Shown: positions 26,966 through 39,500 of the stretch, piece after piece | Position numbering within the stretch: the stretch's first letter is position 1 | Layout: each line of letters starts with the position of its first letter | DNA from: Setoptus koraiensis | Taxonomy: Eukaryota; Animalia; Arthropoda | Assembly: GCA_048013815.1 (NCBI GenBank) | Contig: CM106585.1 | Span: forward strand, 12,586,001-12,650,000 | DNA length: 64,000 nt | Reading direction: 5' to 3' | Translations under genes and position numbers: made by a program | Notes under the pieces: generated by a model | What the model saw: the letters and a program-made list of their open reading frames with translations, nothing else | What the model was told of the DNA's origin: nothing | The model's database searches: none

Positions 26966-29900
26966 GCGTCGCATGCATTGTGTGCCGGTGACGCATAGCG
27001 GTTTTGTACGTTCGGTTCGGCACGCAGTTCCGCTGGCAGCGACTTGTATCGATCATCGCAGCGCGTGCCAGTGTGAATATTACATAACTTGCCAGACTTG
27101 GGGCCGACTGACGCGGTCGAACTGACGCGGTCGAACTGAGGCCGACGGGGCCGACCGCGCACCTAGCCACCAAGGGTTGAAATAATCACGGTCCGATCTA
27201 ACGCGACGACGACAACGTTCTGTGATTATTCTCACCTCTGTCCAACGACAAACAAACTTTTTGATGTGACCACTGTCACAACAACAGTTATTATTCTTCT
27301 TTTGTCACAAACACCACCTCTGGCTCGCCACCATTATCCAGTCTTTGTTCTACTGGCTACCACTAACAGTAAACAGTGAACAGCGGCAAGATATTCGCTG
27401 GCAAGCTAGACCGTTATTTGGTCTTTTTAATCTCTGGTCGGGGCGTCTGAGCCGGCTTCTCGGCGGGCCCCGTTGTGTTGTGCTGCGTTGTCGATATCAC
27501 TGCTACTGTTCGATGCCATTACTCAATGCTATTGACTCAGTCAACTGAGTGATTTCAGTGGCACCGAGCGAGTAAAACGACGAAAACAAAATAAGTTCGA
27601 GTCGCGCAGGTTTGTTGTCATTCAAGATTACTCTCTAAGCGCCAGCGACAAAAGCCAGCCAGTCTCTAGCGATACAGTTTGCCTGGCAGGCGCCCACTGC
27701 GCACGCCAGAAATAATATCCGTTATAATAGGTTATGCGCCGGGCCTCACTTGCCGGGCCTCACCTGCCCGGCCTCCACCGGCAGCTAGCCGGCCAATGGG
27801 GCCCCGTTCACTTTATTCCGGGCTCCGTTCGCGGCCCAGTCGCTTTATTGCGAGCCCCATTCTGTGGCCGGCGGCTGTAGCGGGAGATAATAGTAATCTC
27901 TCATTTTGTCTATTCAATAAATAGCATTCATCCGCTGCCGCTGCCGCTGCCGCTGTCCGCAATCCGCAAATCGCCCTCGTTATACTAAATCGGGTATATA
28001 TGTATATATATACACCCGACGCAGCATATATATACCCGTGTATGTACACGGAGATACAGACGTCGCCAACGATAAGATCGCCGGCTCCTCTGTGTATCTT
28101 ATAGACAATGGCTGACAATGGCGGCTGCAGTCTGGACAAAGTGTCGTGTCTCTCTTGCGCCGATAAAATCGTCGAATGTGGCGAATTATCCGGCTCGCTT
28201 CCTCAATGGCGCGCCTCAGTGGCACAATAACGCCACTGAGCCGGCTAAATCGGCCACTACCTACGCAACGAGTACTGTCTATCCAACCGATACAATACCG
28301 GCCAGCCGAGTGATACAACCGGCCAGCCGAGTGACACAACGAGACAGTCAAGTGATACAAGTTATTTGAGACCATTTCTGGTCTGCTCGCCCGTCGGCCT
28401 GCCCAATGTTAAATTGCTTGCCGATCGCGAGTTATTGTTGCGTCACTGGTTGCAGTTGCGCCAAACGACACACATATATATTTGTCTGTGTATATATCGG
28501 CATATATGGCACGATATCGGCCACGAGGACCCGTTATTATCGCTGTCATTACTATGCACGGCACGTGGTACGCGCACTCCATAGGCTGCATGGGCTGCAC
28601 GGGCTGCATGGGCTCAATGGGGCCAGCAGCTATTTTTGTTTTTATGCTAACCAGTATCGACACTGCCGATAATTACTTGAGCAGTGCGAGCCAAGCGCCA
28701 GCAATGGGGCCCATGGCGAATAATTATCATCACGGCGTCGATGTACGATCGTCGGCGATACATATAAATATCGACGTGCTGGCGCATTCAATCAATCCGA
28801 ACACCAAACACCAAATATCAAGCACCAAATACCAAATACCAGATATCAAATGCGCCAGCCAATGTAGCTAATGGATAATCTATTCATTCGTGTTGACGCT
28901 CGCGCACACCGCATGCGATATACGTAATTGAATTTTGATTAAGATCCACTCATCTCGCGCGCCATCCATCATGACTCACGTGAACGTCATGGGCCCCAGT
29001 GCAAAGGGTGCTTGGCCGCATTTGCCGCAAATATTGCCACAAATGTTTGTTTGTCGCGCGTTTGGGGCCCCCAAATGTCGGCAGCTCCTATTTCCCCAGG
29101 TCCCGCTAAACCGGGCGCACATGTCACCGTGATTTGCGCGCGTCGCCCCAGCGCGTGGATTCATGCGTGAATGGCAGCGCAATTGCGATGCGATGCGATC
29201 CGATTAGTTAATCAAGTCACTAATGTTGTTATGTGGTTATATTGTCCGAATGAATAATTGACATTGTTGAGCCAGCAATTATTGTAAGTATAATCCATAT
29301 TAGCCGACAAAAGGTTGACCGAAGTCGTTGACTGCACGTCGGTCGCCCGACAAAGCGCTCGCGGTTGCCGAATTGAGCCAATAGAGCAAGATTGTTTGCC
29401 GAGGGGCCGAGGGCCAGCAGCCCATCCGCCCAATCAAATGTACGCATCAAATGTACGTGTTGTACACGTGTGATTATTCAGCTCCACTCATCCGACTGCG
29501 CAGCGACACCGCAAAGCCATGTTTCTGTCGGCCGGCTAATCATGTTAGCTGGCCAATTTGTTTGCCTCAGTGGCTCCAATTGCCGGCCGGCCGGCCACTG
29601 TCACGCGAGCCAGTTTGTCTGTCCGATGGGCCCGTCGAACTGACCCGACCCGGCCCGACACGCTGCCAAATGCCAACTGTCAACTGTTGACCCGCTTGCG
29701 GCGTCGAGCGGCCTGATTGGCGCGGCGCAGGAAGTGCTCAATTGGGAGCTCTCCGCGGCTCTGCGCGCCCGGATCAATGGGCTGGCCCGAACCGGATATT
29801 GATTAATTGTTGTTGGGGGCCGATGAGTGGCCGCCGACTTAATGCAATGCGCGTGTGTGTTGGAGAGATTAACAAGAAATTGCTCCAAATAGCGGTACTG

Positions 29901-32900
29901 CGCTGCCGCGCCGGCTCGTGCGGCTCCGCGGTCCATTAGATCGCGGCCCACTGGCGACCAATCATATCATCATATTTTGTCGCAATCAAACGCACCTCGC
30001 GCCCACGTGACGGGCCGCTTCGGCGAAACGGCGCGCCACATGCGCCAACAGGATAATGTACTCCACTGTCTGTCTTGCCAGCCATCACACACCATGGGAG
30101 CGCATTTGGGGCCCACTAGAGAAATTGTGTGTAAGCAACATGCCACTGATTATCTATTTATGGATGCGTCTGAGATTGTGGCGGCCACTTTTTCCATCCA
30201 GGCGCCAAAGAAAATGGGCAGCTTTCTCTCGCTCTCTTACCTGTGGCCCACACTGCCAGCAAGCCCAATCATGGTTATGATCGGGCCCAGCCAGCCAGCC
30301 ACTGACAGGGCACTCGAAGTGGAGTTGTTTGGAGAGCGCCACTAGAGTGGAGTGGCCCTCTGTGCGAGCCATTGCGCCGGGCGCTGGGGCCCGGCTCAGC
30401 GAAACGCCCTTTCGAGCGGCCGGCTGTCAATGTGAGCTGGCTCATATAACGCCGTTATAATAACGGGCAATGGGCCCCGTTTGTTTGTACATCGAGCTGG
30501 TGGCTTGAGTATTGACGCTCATGATTGGCTGGCCGGCTGGCTGTGGTTGTGGTTGTGGAATCGGGCCGATTCGCAGCCCCGGCTGTGTGCGGCGACAACA
30601 CTGCAAAATTGAAACACGGAAATAATTTCAAAATATATTGAGCGAAACATTAGCATGGCAAAAAACACTCGCTCCGTGTGTGTGTACCTGTTAGACTAAC
30701 AGCGTTTGGGGCCCCAGCAACAACAGCTACAACGGGCCCCAAATGCACCACACTCGGCAAGCTGAGAAATGCGAGTTGCTCATTTCGACCACTCTAATAT
30801 ATCTAATATATCTAATATATCTAATATGAATCGGGTGCACTCAGCTTTGTCCTGTCAACATCAGCTGACACTGTTTGCGACTGCAGATATCGCAGTCAGA
30901 TACTGCCAGACACACACTCAACACTCATAGTCTGTCTGGCTTGCCCGTTGGGGGCCTGGCGACAATTCACAATTTGAGCCCCCGATAATAGACCGATAGT
31001 AACAGTAACATGGAAACAGTGCCGTGGATAGAGATGCCAGCCAGCCAGCCAGCCAGCCAATCAGACGGCTCCTATCGATTGACTATTGTCTGTGTCATCT
31101 TTGTTTGTTTGCTTGTTTGTTGACAAGATGAGCCAAGGCGACGACACGAAATAACTTATTTCGAATAAGGCACTCACACACACACGTACAAACAAAAGAG
31201 AAAAACAAACTGACGCAAGAGGCTAGAAATTGGATTAATTTATCCGGTTGCAAGCCGCTAGCATATTGGCAAGCAGCAGCGATTTTGTTGTTGTTTGCTA
31301 TTGCTGGCCCATTTGCCATAATGTACTTTGTAATGTAATTGTTGCACTGCATGAAATGGAATAATTCATATTTTGTTGCTGATTCAATTCTGTCATACGC
31401 TGGACAGCCTAAGCCACCGCTAGAGTCACTTGGTTGCCAGGTTGGGTGCCAGGTAAAGTGCAAATATAACATTTGGAAACAATTTGGAACAATTCCCCGA
31501 AATGATTACTACAAATAGCTTGCGAGCTGGGCAACGTTGCGTGTCGTCTGTCGAGCGTGTTCTAACAAGTCTCCCAGGTGTGAAAATATTGATTTTGTCT
31601 CCATTTGATCCCGGCCAACCGGTGGCCGAGCGACAACTTGACGCCATACCTGTGTCTGTGGTATATATATATATACCACAGGGGTCCCCTCTGCGTGCCC
31701 CTCTGCCTCTGGTCGGAAGGCCGATCTGGCGGGCCCAAATTGAATTCAACTGATGACAAATGACTCCCATCGCTGTTGCTGGCTATTGTTGGCTGCTCGT
31801 GTGAGCGGCCAACGGTTGCAGCGGATAAAAGCTGCGACCATTGATTCGAGGCTTTGTCCTGGCTGCAAGAGTTCACTTGTCAGAGAGCCATCTATTATTG
31901 TCTGATGTGCGACACATGTTATTGTTGGTCTAACTAGGTGGCTCCTAAAATGTGGATTCTATTGTTCTGCAACAGCAACTCTGTAATAATGCGGCCAACC
32001 AATAATAGGGGCACTCCACATATACAGTGTAAGATGGTCACTGAGGCACCAGATCTGGCGCTTGTTAGTTAGCAGTTGACCGGCAGAGAGCACGCAAACA
32101 AAATTGAATTACTCACCTGGTCTGACTATCATCATCCGACAATGGCCACGACAGCAATCGTCGCAGGCACTATTGTCACAATATGTTTTTTGCTGGTTTG
32201 CAACAACACAAGTCCAGCGCCAAACAAACAAACCAACTAAGTGCTAGCTCACACAATCACCGGCCGCTGTCTCGAAGAAGCTGCTGCGGCCAGCAATTGT
32301 GTCCAGCGACAACCACGGTGACCAAAACCGAGACAGCTAATCCTAATCACACCGATAGGACCAATTTAATGGAGGCCGCCATTAACCACTGCAATCCTTT
32401 ATCACTTAACTGTATATATGTGGCCAGTTTTCGGCGACCAGAAAAGAATGCACGTTAGAGCCAGTTGCGTAATCTCGCATCATCAATAAACACATAGACA
32501 CACACAAATAAATGATCCGGCCGATGAAATACTGTCCACAATCATTTAATGTATCGCCTTTCATTTTTAATGGTGTGTGTCTCTATGATATATATATATA
32601 TATATGATCACGTTTCTCTGGCGATTTGTTATGGCTTATGAGCGCGCCAGTTTTGCCACTTTTGCCAGTTTTGCCACTTTTACCACTTTTCCACTCAAAT
32701 CTCAATCTTACCGTCTCGACCATTCTTTGGGTCGTTTCAATTAGCATCGGATAAGCTCATCGCACACCCACACGAACACACACAATCAATCACTGAGGCA
32801 GGCGATCAATGGGGCCTCAACCGCATTTTTGGCATTTACCGCAAAACTAACGGGCTGGCTAATGTCGATCCTGTTACAACACTACAGCACTACCAGCCGC

Positions 32901-33541
32901 GTCGGTCCCCTGACCACTGGTGGTAGCAGGTTGCACCACTAGGGGCCAGAAGAGGCCTCTCCATCCAGGCAGAGAAACTCAAATAGAGCCAAACTGTTCT
33001 CCATACAGATTAAATTCTTCTCTGCCTCAACCGGGTTGTAAATGACGGCTCGATCCCGGTGAAACAAGAATCGCCTGTATAACGGTTCTCATGTAAGAGC
33101 ATCTAGACTAGTGTTCTGGTGGCCACCAAGAACGCTTTGTTTTCGGCCATGTGTATCAGATGTGAGCAATGAATGTAATGTAAATGATTAATTTCCACGT
33201 GCAAATAAGCCTCGCCTCTCAACGCTTCCTATCTTACCTCTAAGTGCTGAACAACGCCAATAATAATAACAACAATAATAGCAATTGCGCCAAATATACA
33301 GAACACAATCGTGAACGCTACTTCGAGTATGTATAAACATTTATTGTGATGAACAGACGCTGCCAAGCCAACAACTTGACCACAACCCTCAAGCATCGAA
33401 TGCATACTGATGATCATTATTATTATTGTTGGAATTATTTATTTAGTATCTATTTGGTAGGCTCTTTATTATTGTATTGAAATGATTATAGGTCGAAGGG
33501 TAGAACCACTGTCATTATTGGTTTGTCACCAATTGTTATTA

Positions 33542-35572
33542 CTATGAGACATCACGGACATCACTTTCGATAATAAAGTCTTTGAGATCATCTGTCGATG
33601 TAAGTCTTAAATTTTTCTCGTTAGCTAAATGTAGCAGGGTAACAAAAGCGATAGGCTCACTGAGGTCATGCGCCATTTTTGGATGTACCTTTCCAGGTAG
33701 CTCAACATAAAGATCAGAAAATTTCAATTTCACTGATGGCTCCAATAACGCAGGTATAAGTTCTTGTTGTCCGTTTTCGTTGTTTGACTCGTGTGTTTTG
33801 TTTTCTACCACAGTTTGATTGTTCACTATTGTAGCCTCCATTACAGTATTATTAAATCTGCTTTCTGGGGGTGATAACAGATCCCACATGGCACGCTTCA
33901 ATCGCCTAACGTCCATCTTTTTGGCAACTTTAGCGTAACATATCTGTATCGTGGGTACTGGCAACGGCATGTCAATCAGATTGTCTCCGCCAAACTCGAA
34001 ATCAGCATCCTGAGTAAGGGTCATATTAGAGGCTGCACCAAATATAGCAACCTCGTTGTTGCCCACCATGGGGTCAGCACGAAACTCATCATCACTCTCA
34101 TCGTGATATTCATCAAACGCCATTGGCGGTGATGATGGTGGCTCTGTTTCCTGGTCACAATCGTCATTCTTTAAATAATTATGATCTTCCTTAATGGCTT
34201 CGAGGCACAAATAGATGAGCTCGGGCCTCTCAAAAGCGTGTGTAAGCATATGACGACCGGAATCACTGTTCAGATTGTGGTCCTGAGGCAATAAGGGTTT
34301 CTTCCATTTCCTCAAAGATTCTGATGAGTGCCTCAGCTCCTTATCACCTACTTGTTCTATGGATTCAGAGGGATTTTCTTGAAATTTTATAGGTTTTTGT
34401 TCAAGTTTTTGCCGCTTCCTTGCGCTCTTGGGAGGACCATCTTTCTTGACGGTCTGTACTCTAACAGCTTTCCAAGCGTGAGGACCCGCCCAAGTATCGA
34501 GCACCCTGGGTTCATTGGTGTACCCATACTCAGTTGGCTTTGAGGCACCAATTTTTTTCAGATTATTCATAAGATCTTCAGCGTTATTTTCCGCTTCAGG
34601 ATCTAATAGCTGTGTTTGATCGGCATCATTGCCAAAATCAGCCATTGGAAAATCGTCGTCGCAATCATTTTCATTGTAGAGATCGGCTTGGAATCTGTGC
34701 TCCGCATTCTCAAGATCAATTTCGTTGTTTGTTCTATCAGGAGGTGGAGAGGCTCTGATTTCATCAGCATCATTTGCGGGGTTAAATCCTTGTATGACTG
34801 TAGAACGGTCTCTGAATAGGAAACCGTCTAACTTTGGGCATATTCGATTCACTTTATTCTCTTGTATTATTTCAACACAATTGGCGTATTTTGTGATGAG
34901 TGGCACGAAAGTTGACGGATCTTGAGTGCTGGTGAAAGTTGCAGATGCTAAAGGCTGCCCAGGTTTACAATAGTCAAGATTGCGATGATTAGAGTCTATG
35001 CTAAGCAATCCGTTGGGCTGAGTTCTAGGATTGTAACAAATTAAAGCAGCAGGGCAGCTCATGTCGTAATCTTGCGATAGACCATCTAGATATGCATCAG
35101 CAATGACTAATTTCTCTATTTTACCGTTGAGAGCGTGCGAGTTTTCCACAATCGTTTTGACATTCTTCCTAGCGGCCGCTCTTCTCTTTTTCGCCTTGCT
35201 GGGTGCATCTTCACATTCGTTTGAGTCGTTGAGCGTATCATTGTTGTTTGAGCCACTGTCATCGTCGTGTGCTGGCTTCTGCTGGTCCGAATCCAGGGCC
35301 ATCAATATGCTACTGGCAACCTTTTGGGCCTCGGAATGTACACAATCCACACGGTGCGAGTATATTTTGGCTCCAACATCGAGGGCACTACTGGCAATCT
35401 TGAAGTTCATCTGACCATCGTCGGTGGGGTTGACGAGGTCGTGCATATAGTCTATGAGTTGTAATACGAATGCATTTTTTGCATTGATCTTGTTTGTAGC
35501 ATTCAATCTGATACAATGCTTGTAATGATCGGTTAAATTGAAATTGGGAGCGCTATCCATTTGATTGGCCAT
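33542..35572 (-). CDS. NCAPH: Condensin I kleisin subunit (CAP-H / barren / condensin complex subunit 2), 676 aa, intronless
   Basis: N-terminal kleisin motifs HYKHCIRLNATNKINAKNAF.LQLIDYM and NFKIASSALDVGAKIYSHRVDCVH; central WAGPHAWK; C-terminal YAKVAKKMDVRRLK and AFVTLLHLANEKNLRL. Single uninterrupted ORF. Confidence 0.95.
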   Translation of the reverse strand: MANQMDSAPNFNLTDHYKHCIRLNATNKINAKNAFVLQLIDYMHDLVNPTDDGQMNFKIASSALDVGAKIYSHRVDCVHSEAQKVASSILMALDSDQQKPAHDDDSGSNNNDTLNDSNECEDAPSKAKKRRAAARKNVKTIVENSHALNGKIEKLVIADAYLDGLSQDYDMSCPAALICYNPRTQPNGLLSIDSNHRNLDYCKPGQPLASATFTSTQDPSTFVPLITKYANCVEIIQENKVNRICPKLDGFLFRDRSTVIQGFNPANDADEIRASPPPDRTNNEIDLENAEHRFQADLYNENDCDDDFPMADFGNDADQTQLLDPEAENNAEDLMNNLKKIGASKPTEYGYTNEPRVLDTWAGPHAWKAVRVQTVKKDGPPKSARKRQKLEQKPIKFQENPSESIEQVGDKELRHSSESLRKWKKPLLPQDHNLNSDSGRHMLTHAFERPELIYLCLEAIKEDHNYLKNDDCDQETEPPSSPPMAFDEYHDESDDEFRADPMVGNNEVAIFGAASNMTLTQDADFEFGGDNLIDMPLPVPTIQICYAKVAKKMDVRRLKRAMWDLLSPPESRFNNTVMEATIVNNQTVVENKTHESNNENGQQELIPALLEPSVKLKFSDLYVELPGKVHPKMAHDLSEPIAFVTLLHLANEKNLRLTSTDDLKDFIIESDVRDVS

Positions 35573-36557
35573 GTTGACGGTCGTAATGGTATTAAATAAA
35601 AATAGAAATTTATCATCATCAATAATGAATGAATGATATCATACTAGTACCATTGGTGTACTAGCAGAGCCAAGAAAATCAGATACCGTTAAAAATCTGT
35701 TTATTTTCGAATGTAGTTCGCAAATGCTATGTGAATATTCACGTAAACTATTCACATGAGTCTGTACGCACAGAAACAGCGCGCTCTCACATTTGGCCTC
35801 ATTTCACGCGCCGTACACAGTTAAATTTTGCACTCAAATGCAATGTGAATAGCGCGCGGCAACAGAGCTCATTGTGGAGAGTCTACAGCCAGTTGACTTC
35901 AACATACTATTCATGAATTTCTCGCTCATACGTTTGAGCTGTAACTGTGACGAAATCCGAGAAATTTAGAATTCGCGCTCTGTTTAGTACGAGAGAACTA
36001 TTGCACTTCACTGTATAGGATGCCATGGTCAACGAAAGCCCACAACAGAGAAACATGCCTTGAAATGAAGCTCAATTTCGCGCTTCTAGAACACTTCTGG
36101 AGGTGGCGCTTTGAATGGCCCATCGTAGTGCATTGGCCGCTCAACTTGAGTGACTCAAGCGCTCTCTCTGTGTTGAAGGTGGAACTAGAATCAGATGACT
36201 CTATTCTGACGCGCACAGAAAGCAGGTCGTGCAGCACGAGTTGTGCGCTTTCAGAATAAATTCGAACGAAACTGAAAAACCTGTGCTGTGTATCGAGTAG
36301 TGGTAACTTCACGCACAATAGTTGCAATCTGAACAAAATCCGCAAATTGTGCAGTATAATGCAGAGCTGTGCGCCTCCGATATCTTGTTTACATTCATGA
36401 ATTTTTAAAGTGGTTCAAATCTAGCGCCGATCTAGATTGGCGCATGTGCAAAAAATCTCGATTGGCGAGTCGCGCCATTTGTTGATTGTTATCCAACCAC
36501 TACACTTCTCACTCGCTTCAATTGAAAACAAAACTAATTATTTTTTAATATATCACC
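35573..36557. promoter_or_regulatory. Putative bidirectional promoter between NCAPH and POLA1, with E2F-like sites
   Basis: 985 bp separate the divergent ATGs. TTTCGCGC (canonical TTTSSCGC) lies at 36076-36083, and further TTGGCG/CGCGCC words lie near 36436-36480. Confidence 0.5.
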
Positions 36558-39500
36558 ATGGAAGATAAAGAAGTTCCCCTGAGAAAGCGCAAGCCCGTCG
36601 AGCTTGATCCAAGACAACCATGTATTAAGAGTTTCAGAGGTAAGTCCTCGAGCAAACCTTCAGCACAGTATAGCACGGATGAGGATGATGTACTGCAGAG
36701 TCTCCTTTCTTCTATGAAACAAACCCCGAAGCCTCCCGTCTACAGTTGCCCAAGTTATCAGCCCAAACTATCCAAGCCAAAGTCCACTGATCTGCAATAC
36801 AAGAGCAGTGTCAAGTACAATAATCCCAGACTCGAGGAATCCAAAAAGACCTATGGCTCTTCTTCTGATGGTCAAAAATTATCAAGAGCGAGCGCTGATT
36901 TCGACGCGCTATGTGCCTCTCCAAATAAGCGACAGCGCCTCTCTAGCCCCGATCCATATTTTGATGCAATGGATGATTCTCTCGATGGTCTCTTGAGTGA
37001 AAAAGCAAACAATCTCAATTTGACTGGAATGCACAGACAGTTGGATCCTACTCAAGAGCTGGCTGCCATCGATGATGCTAATGATAATATTGTCACAGCC
37101 CCCCTGAGTGAAGATATCCGAAAGGATCTTGAATTTGTTACAGATCCAGCCACGGGAGGACAACATATAAACTTTTATTGGTATGACTGCACAGAGGATA
37201 GTTACAGAAATCCTGGCGTGGTATATCTCTTCGGTAGAGTGTATGCCACTAGTATTAAGCAGTATGTATCTTGTTGCGTTATAGTACGGAATCTCAAAAG
37301 AACCTGTTACTTGCTGCGACGAAAGACTCTTGACGACGAGGGATCCGTCGAGGTCACGCATGATGACGTTGTCGATGAATTTAAATCTTTGTATGCCAAA
37401 AAGCTGAAGATTTCCGAATTCGCATGCAAAGAAGTTCAGAAGTTGTACGCTTTCGATAAAGAAGGAGTTCCCACAACAGGCGATTATGTTGAGCTGACAT
37501 ATTCCTCCAGACAACCGACAATACCTCCCGAAACTAAAGGACGAACATTCAGTCACGTTCTCAACTTGCAGCAATCATGCGTAGAGAAGCTCATACTAGA
37601 TCTCAAGTTACGCGGCCCTTGTTGGCTGAAAATACAAGAGCCAGTTTCATCCAGTCCTCCCATGACATGGGCGAGAATTGAAATAATCCTCAACAATCCC
37701 GAGTTCTTGACTGTCCATGAAGACCTTAATTTAAAGCAACCCTATCTAAGCCTATTATCTATCAGCATGAGGACCTACTCCAATCCCATAACTAAACAGA
37801 ACGAAATCATTGCCATTTCCGGAATATTCAACAAAGCCTTCTACTTAGATAAGTGCTTAAGTCAAAAAGATAAGATAAGCGGGCATTTTTGCGTGTTGGC
37901 TAAACCACCTTCCAATCGAGAGCTGAAGATACCTTATGATTTTCCTATGGCACTCAAACGGTACAACAAAACGAGGCTCGAATACGTAGATTCAGAGAGG
38001 GATCTCATAACCAAGTTTTTGGAGAATTTCATGCAGATTGATCCAGATCTTGTTGTTGGTCACGACATTCTCAATTTCGATTACGAGACACTTATTTTCA
38101 GAATGAAGTCTCTTAAGGTTGGTACTTGGTCAAAACTAGGTAGGATCAAACGAACAGAGCTTCCAACTTCAAAAAATGCCTTAAAAAGCATGTTCACTGG
38201 CAGATTGATTTGTGATGTTCGCACTTCTACAATGGAGCTTATCAAAGCTAGAAGCTATGATTTAACTGAGCTCACATCGCACGTTCTTAAGAAAACCCGG
38301 ATCGAGTATAGTCAAGCTGATATTGTTGAATCTTTCAAATCATCGGAGGGCCTAATACGTCTGATAAATGCCACAATGCAAGATAACGACTTTATTTTCA
38401 GCATCATGGTAGAATTAAATGTTATACCTTTGGCCTTGAAAATAACTGCTGTTACTGGTCACATAATGTCCAGAACTCTCATGGGGGGACGTAGCGAAAG
38501 AAACGAATATTTGCTCCTGCACGCGTTCCACGAAAAAGGATACATTTGCCCTGAAAAGTTCTGGACATCAAATGTGAAGAATGCCCAAAAGTTAAACAAA
38601 GATGAGAAGACAGATGAGAATGAGGCTGATGATGAAAAACAAGCTCAGAATGGCCCAATCAGAAAGAAAGCAGCCTATGCTGGCGGACTGGTTTTAGAGC
38701 CAAAAGTCGGTTACTATAACAATTTTATATTGCTCATGGACTTCAATTCTTTATATCCATCGATCATTCAAGAATATAATATCTGCTTCTCTACCATTAA
38801 ACCAGTCATCAAAGATGATCAAGATGGTGAACAAATTGCTAACCTGCCCGATGATTTAGACCTTAGTCCTGCAGGAATATTACCGTCCGAATTGAAAAAA
38901 CTTGTTGATAGACGCAAACAAGTTAAAGAGTCGATCAAATGTGCAAAAAATCCCGATCAAGCATTAATGCTAGATATTGAACAGAAAGCCATAAAATTGA
39001 CTGCCAACTCCATGTATGGATGTTTAGGTTTTGAACATTCACGATTTTATGCCAAGCATTTGGCCTCTCTCGTCACATTCAAAGGACGTGAGATCCTCAT
39101 GAGCACTAAAGCTCTCGTTGAGAAACTTGGTCACGAAGTCATATATGGGGATACCGACTCGTTAATGATCAACACCAATCTGAGTGTCTACGATGAGGTT
39201 ATTTCCAAAGGTATAGCAATAAAAATGGAGATCAATAAAACATTCCGCCTGCTCGAGATAGATATAGACGGCGTCTATAGACCACTGTTGCTACTCAAAA
39301 AGAAAAACTACGCCGGCCTGGCTGTGAAGAAGTTAGACAATGGAGAATTTTCCACAACTCAGGAGACAAAAGGTTTGGACACTGTTCGAAGAGATAGAGC
39401 AGTGATCGCAAAGGAGGCCGGAGAGCATGTGCTAAAGGAGATTTTATCTACTGACAAAGAAAGCGACACTATAATGGACAACATACACAATTATTTGAAG

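Noticed and set aside
31095-31472. 125-aa minus ORF and an opposite-strand TM-like frame (LAYWQAAAILLLFAIAGPFAIMYFVM)
   Set aside because: No recognisable family and no convincing flanking splice sites. The hydrophobicity partly comes from TTG/GTT repeats.
10075-32460. Dozens of 60-220 aa ORFs in the track across the GPCR introns and upstream region
   Set aside because: They overlap in all six frames, derive from microsatellites or GC-rich sequence with few stops, often start at non-ATG codons and show no domain motifs. Only the two hand-found GPCR micro-exons are supported.
35998-36345. 115-aa minus-strand ORF (and a 79-aa plus ORF) between NCAPH and POLA1 as a missing 5' exon or separate gene
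   Set aside because: No POLA1 histone-binding or CAP-H N-tail motif in the frames examined, a non-ATG start for the minus ORF, and no recognisable family.
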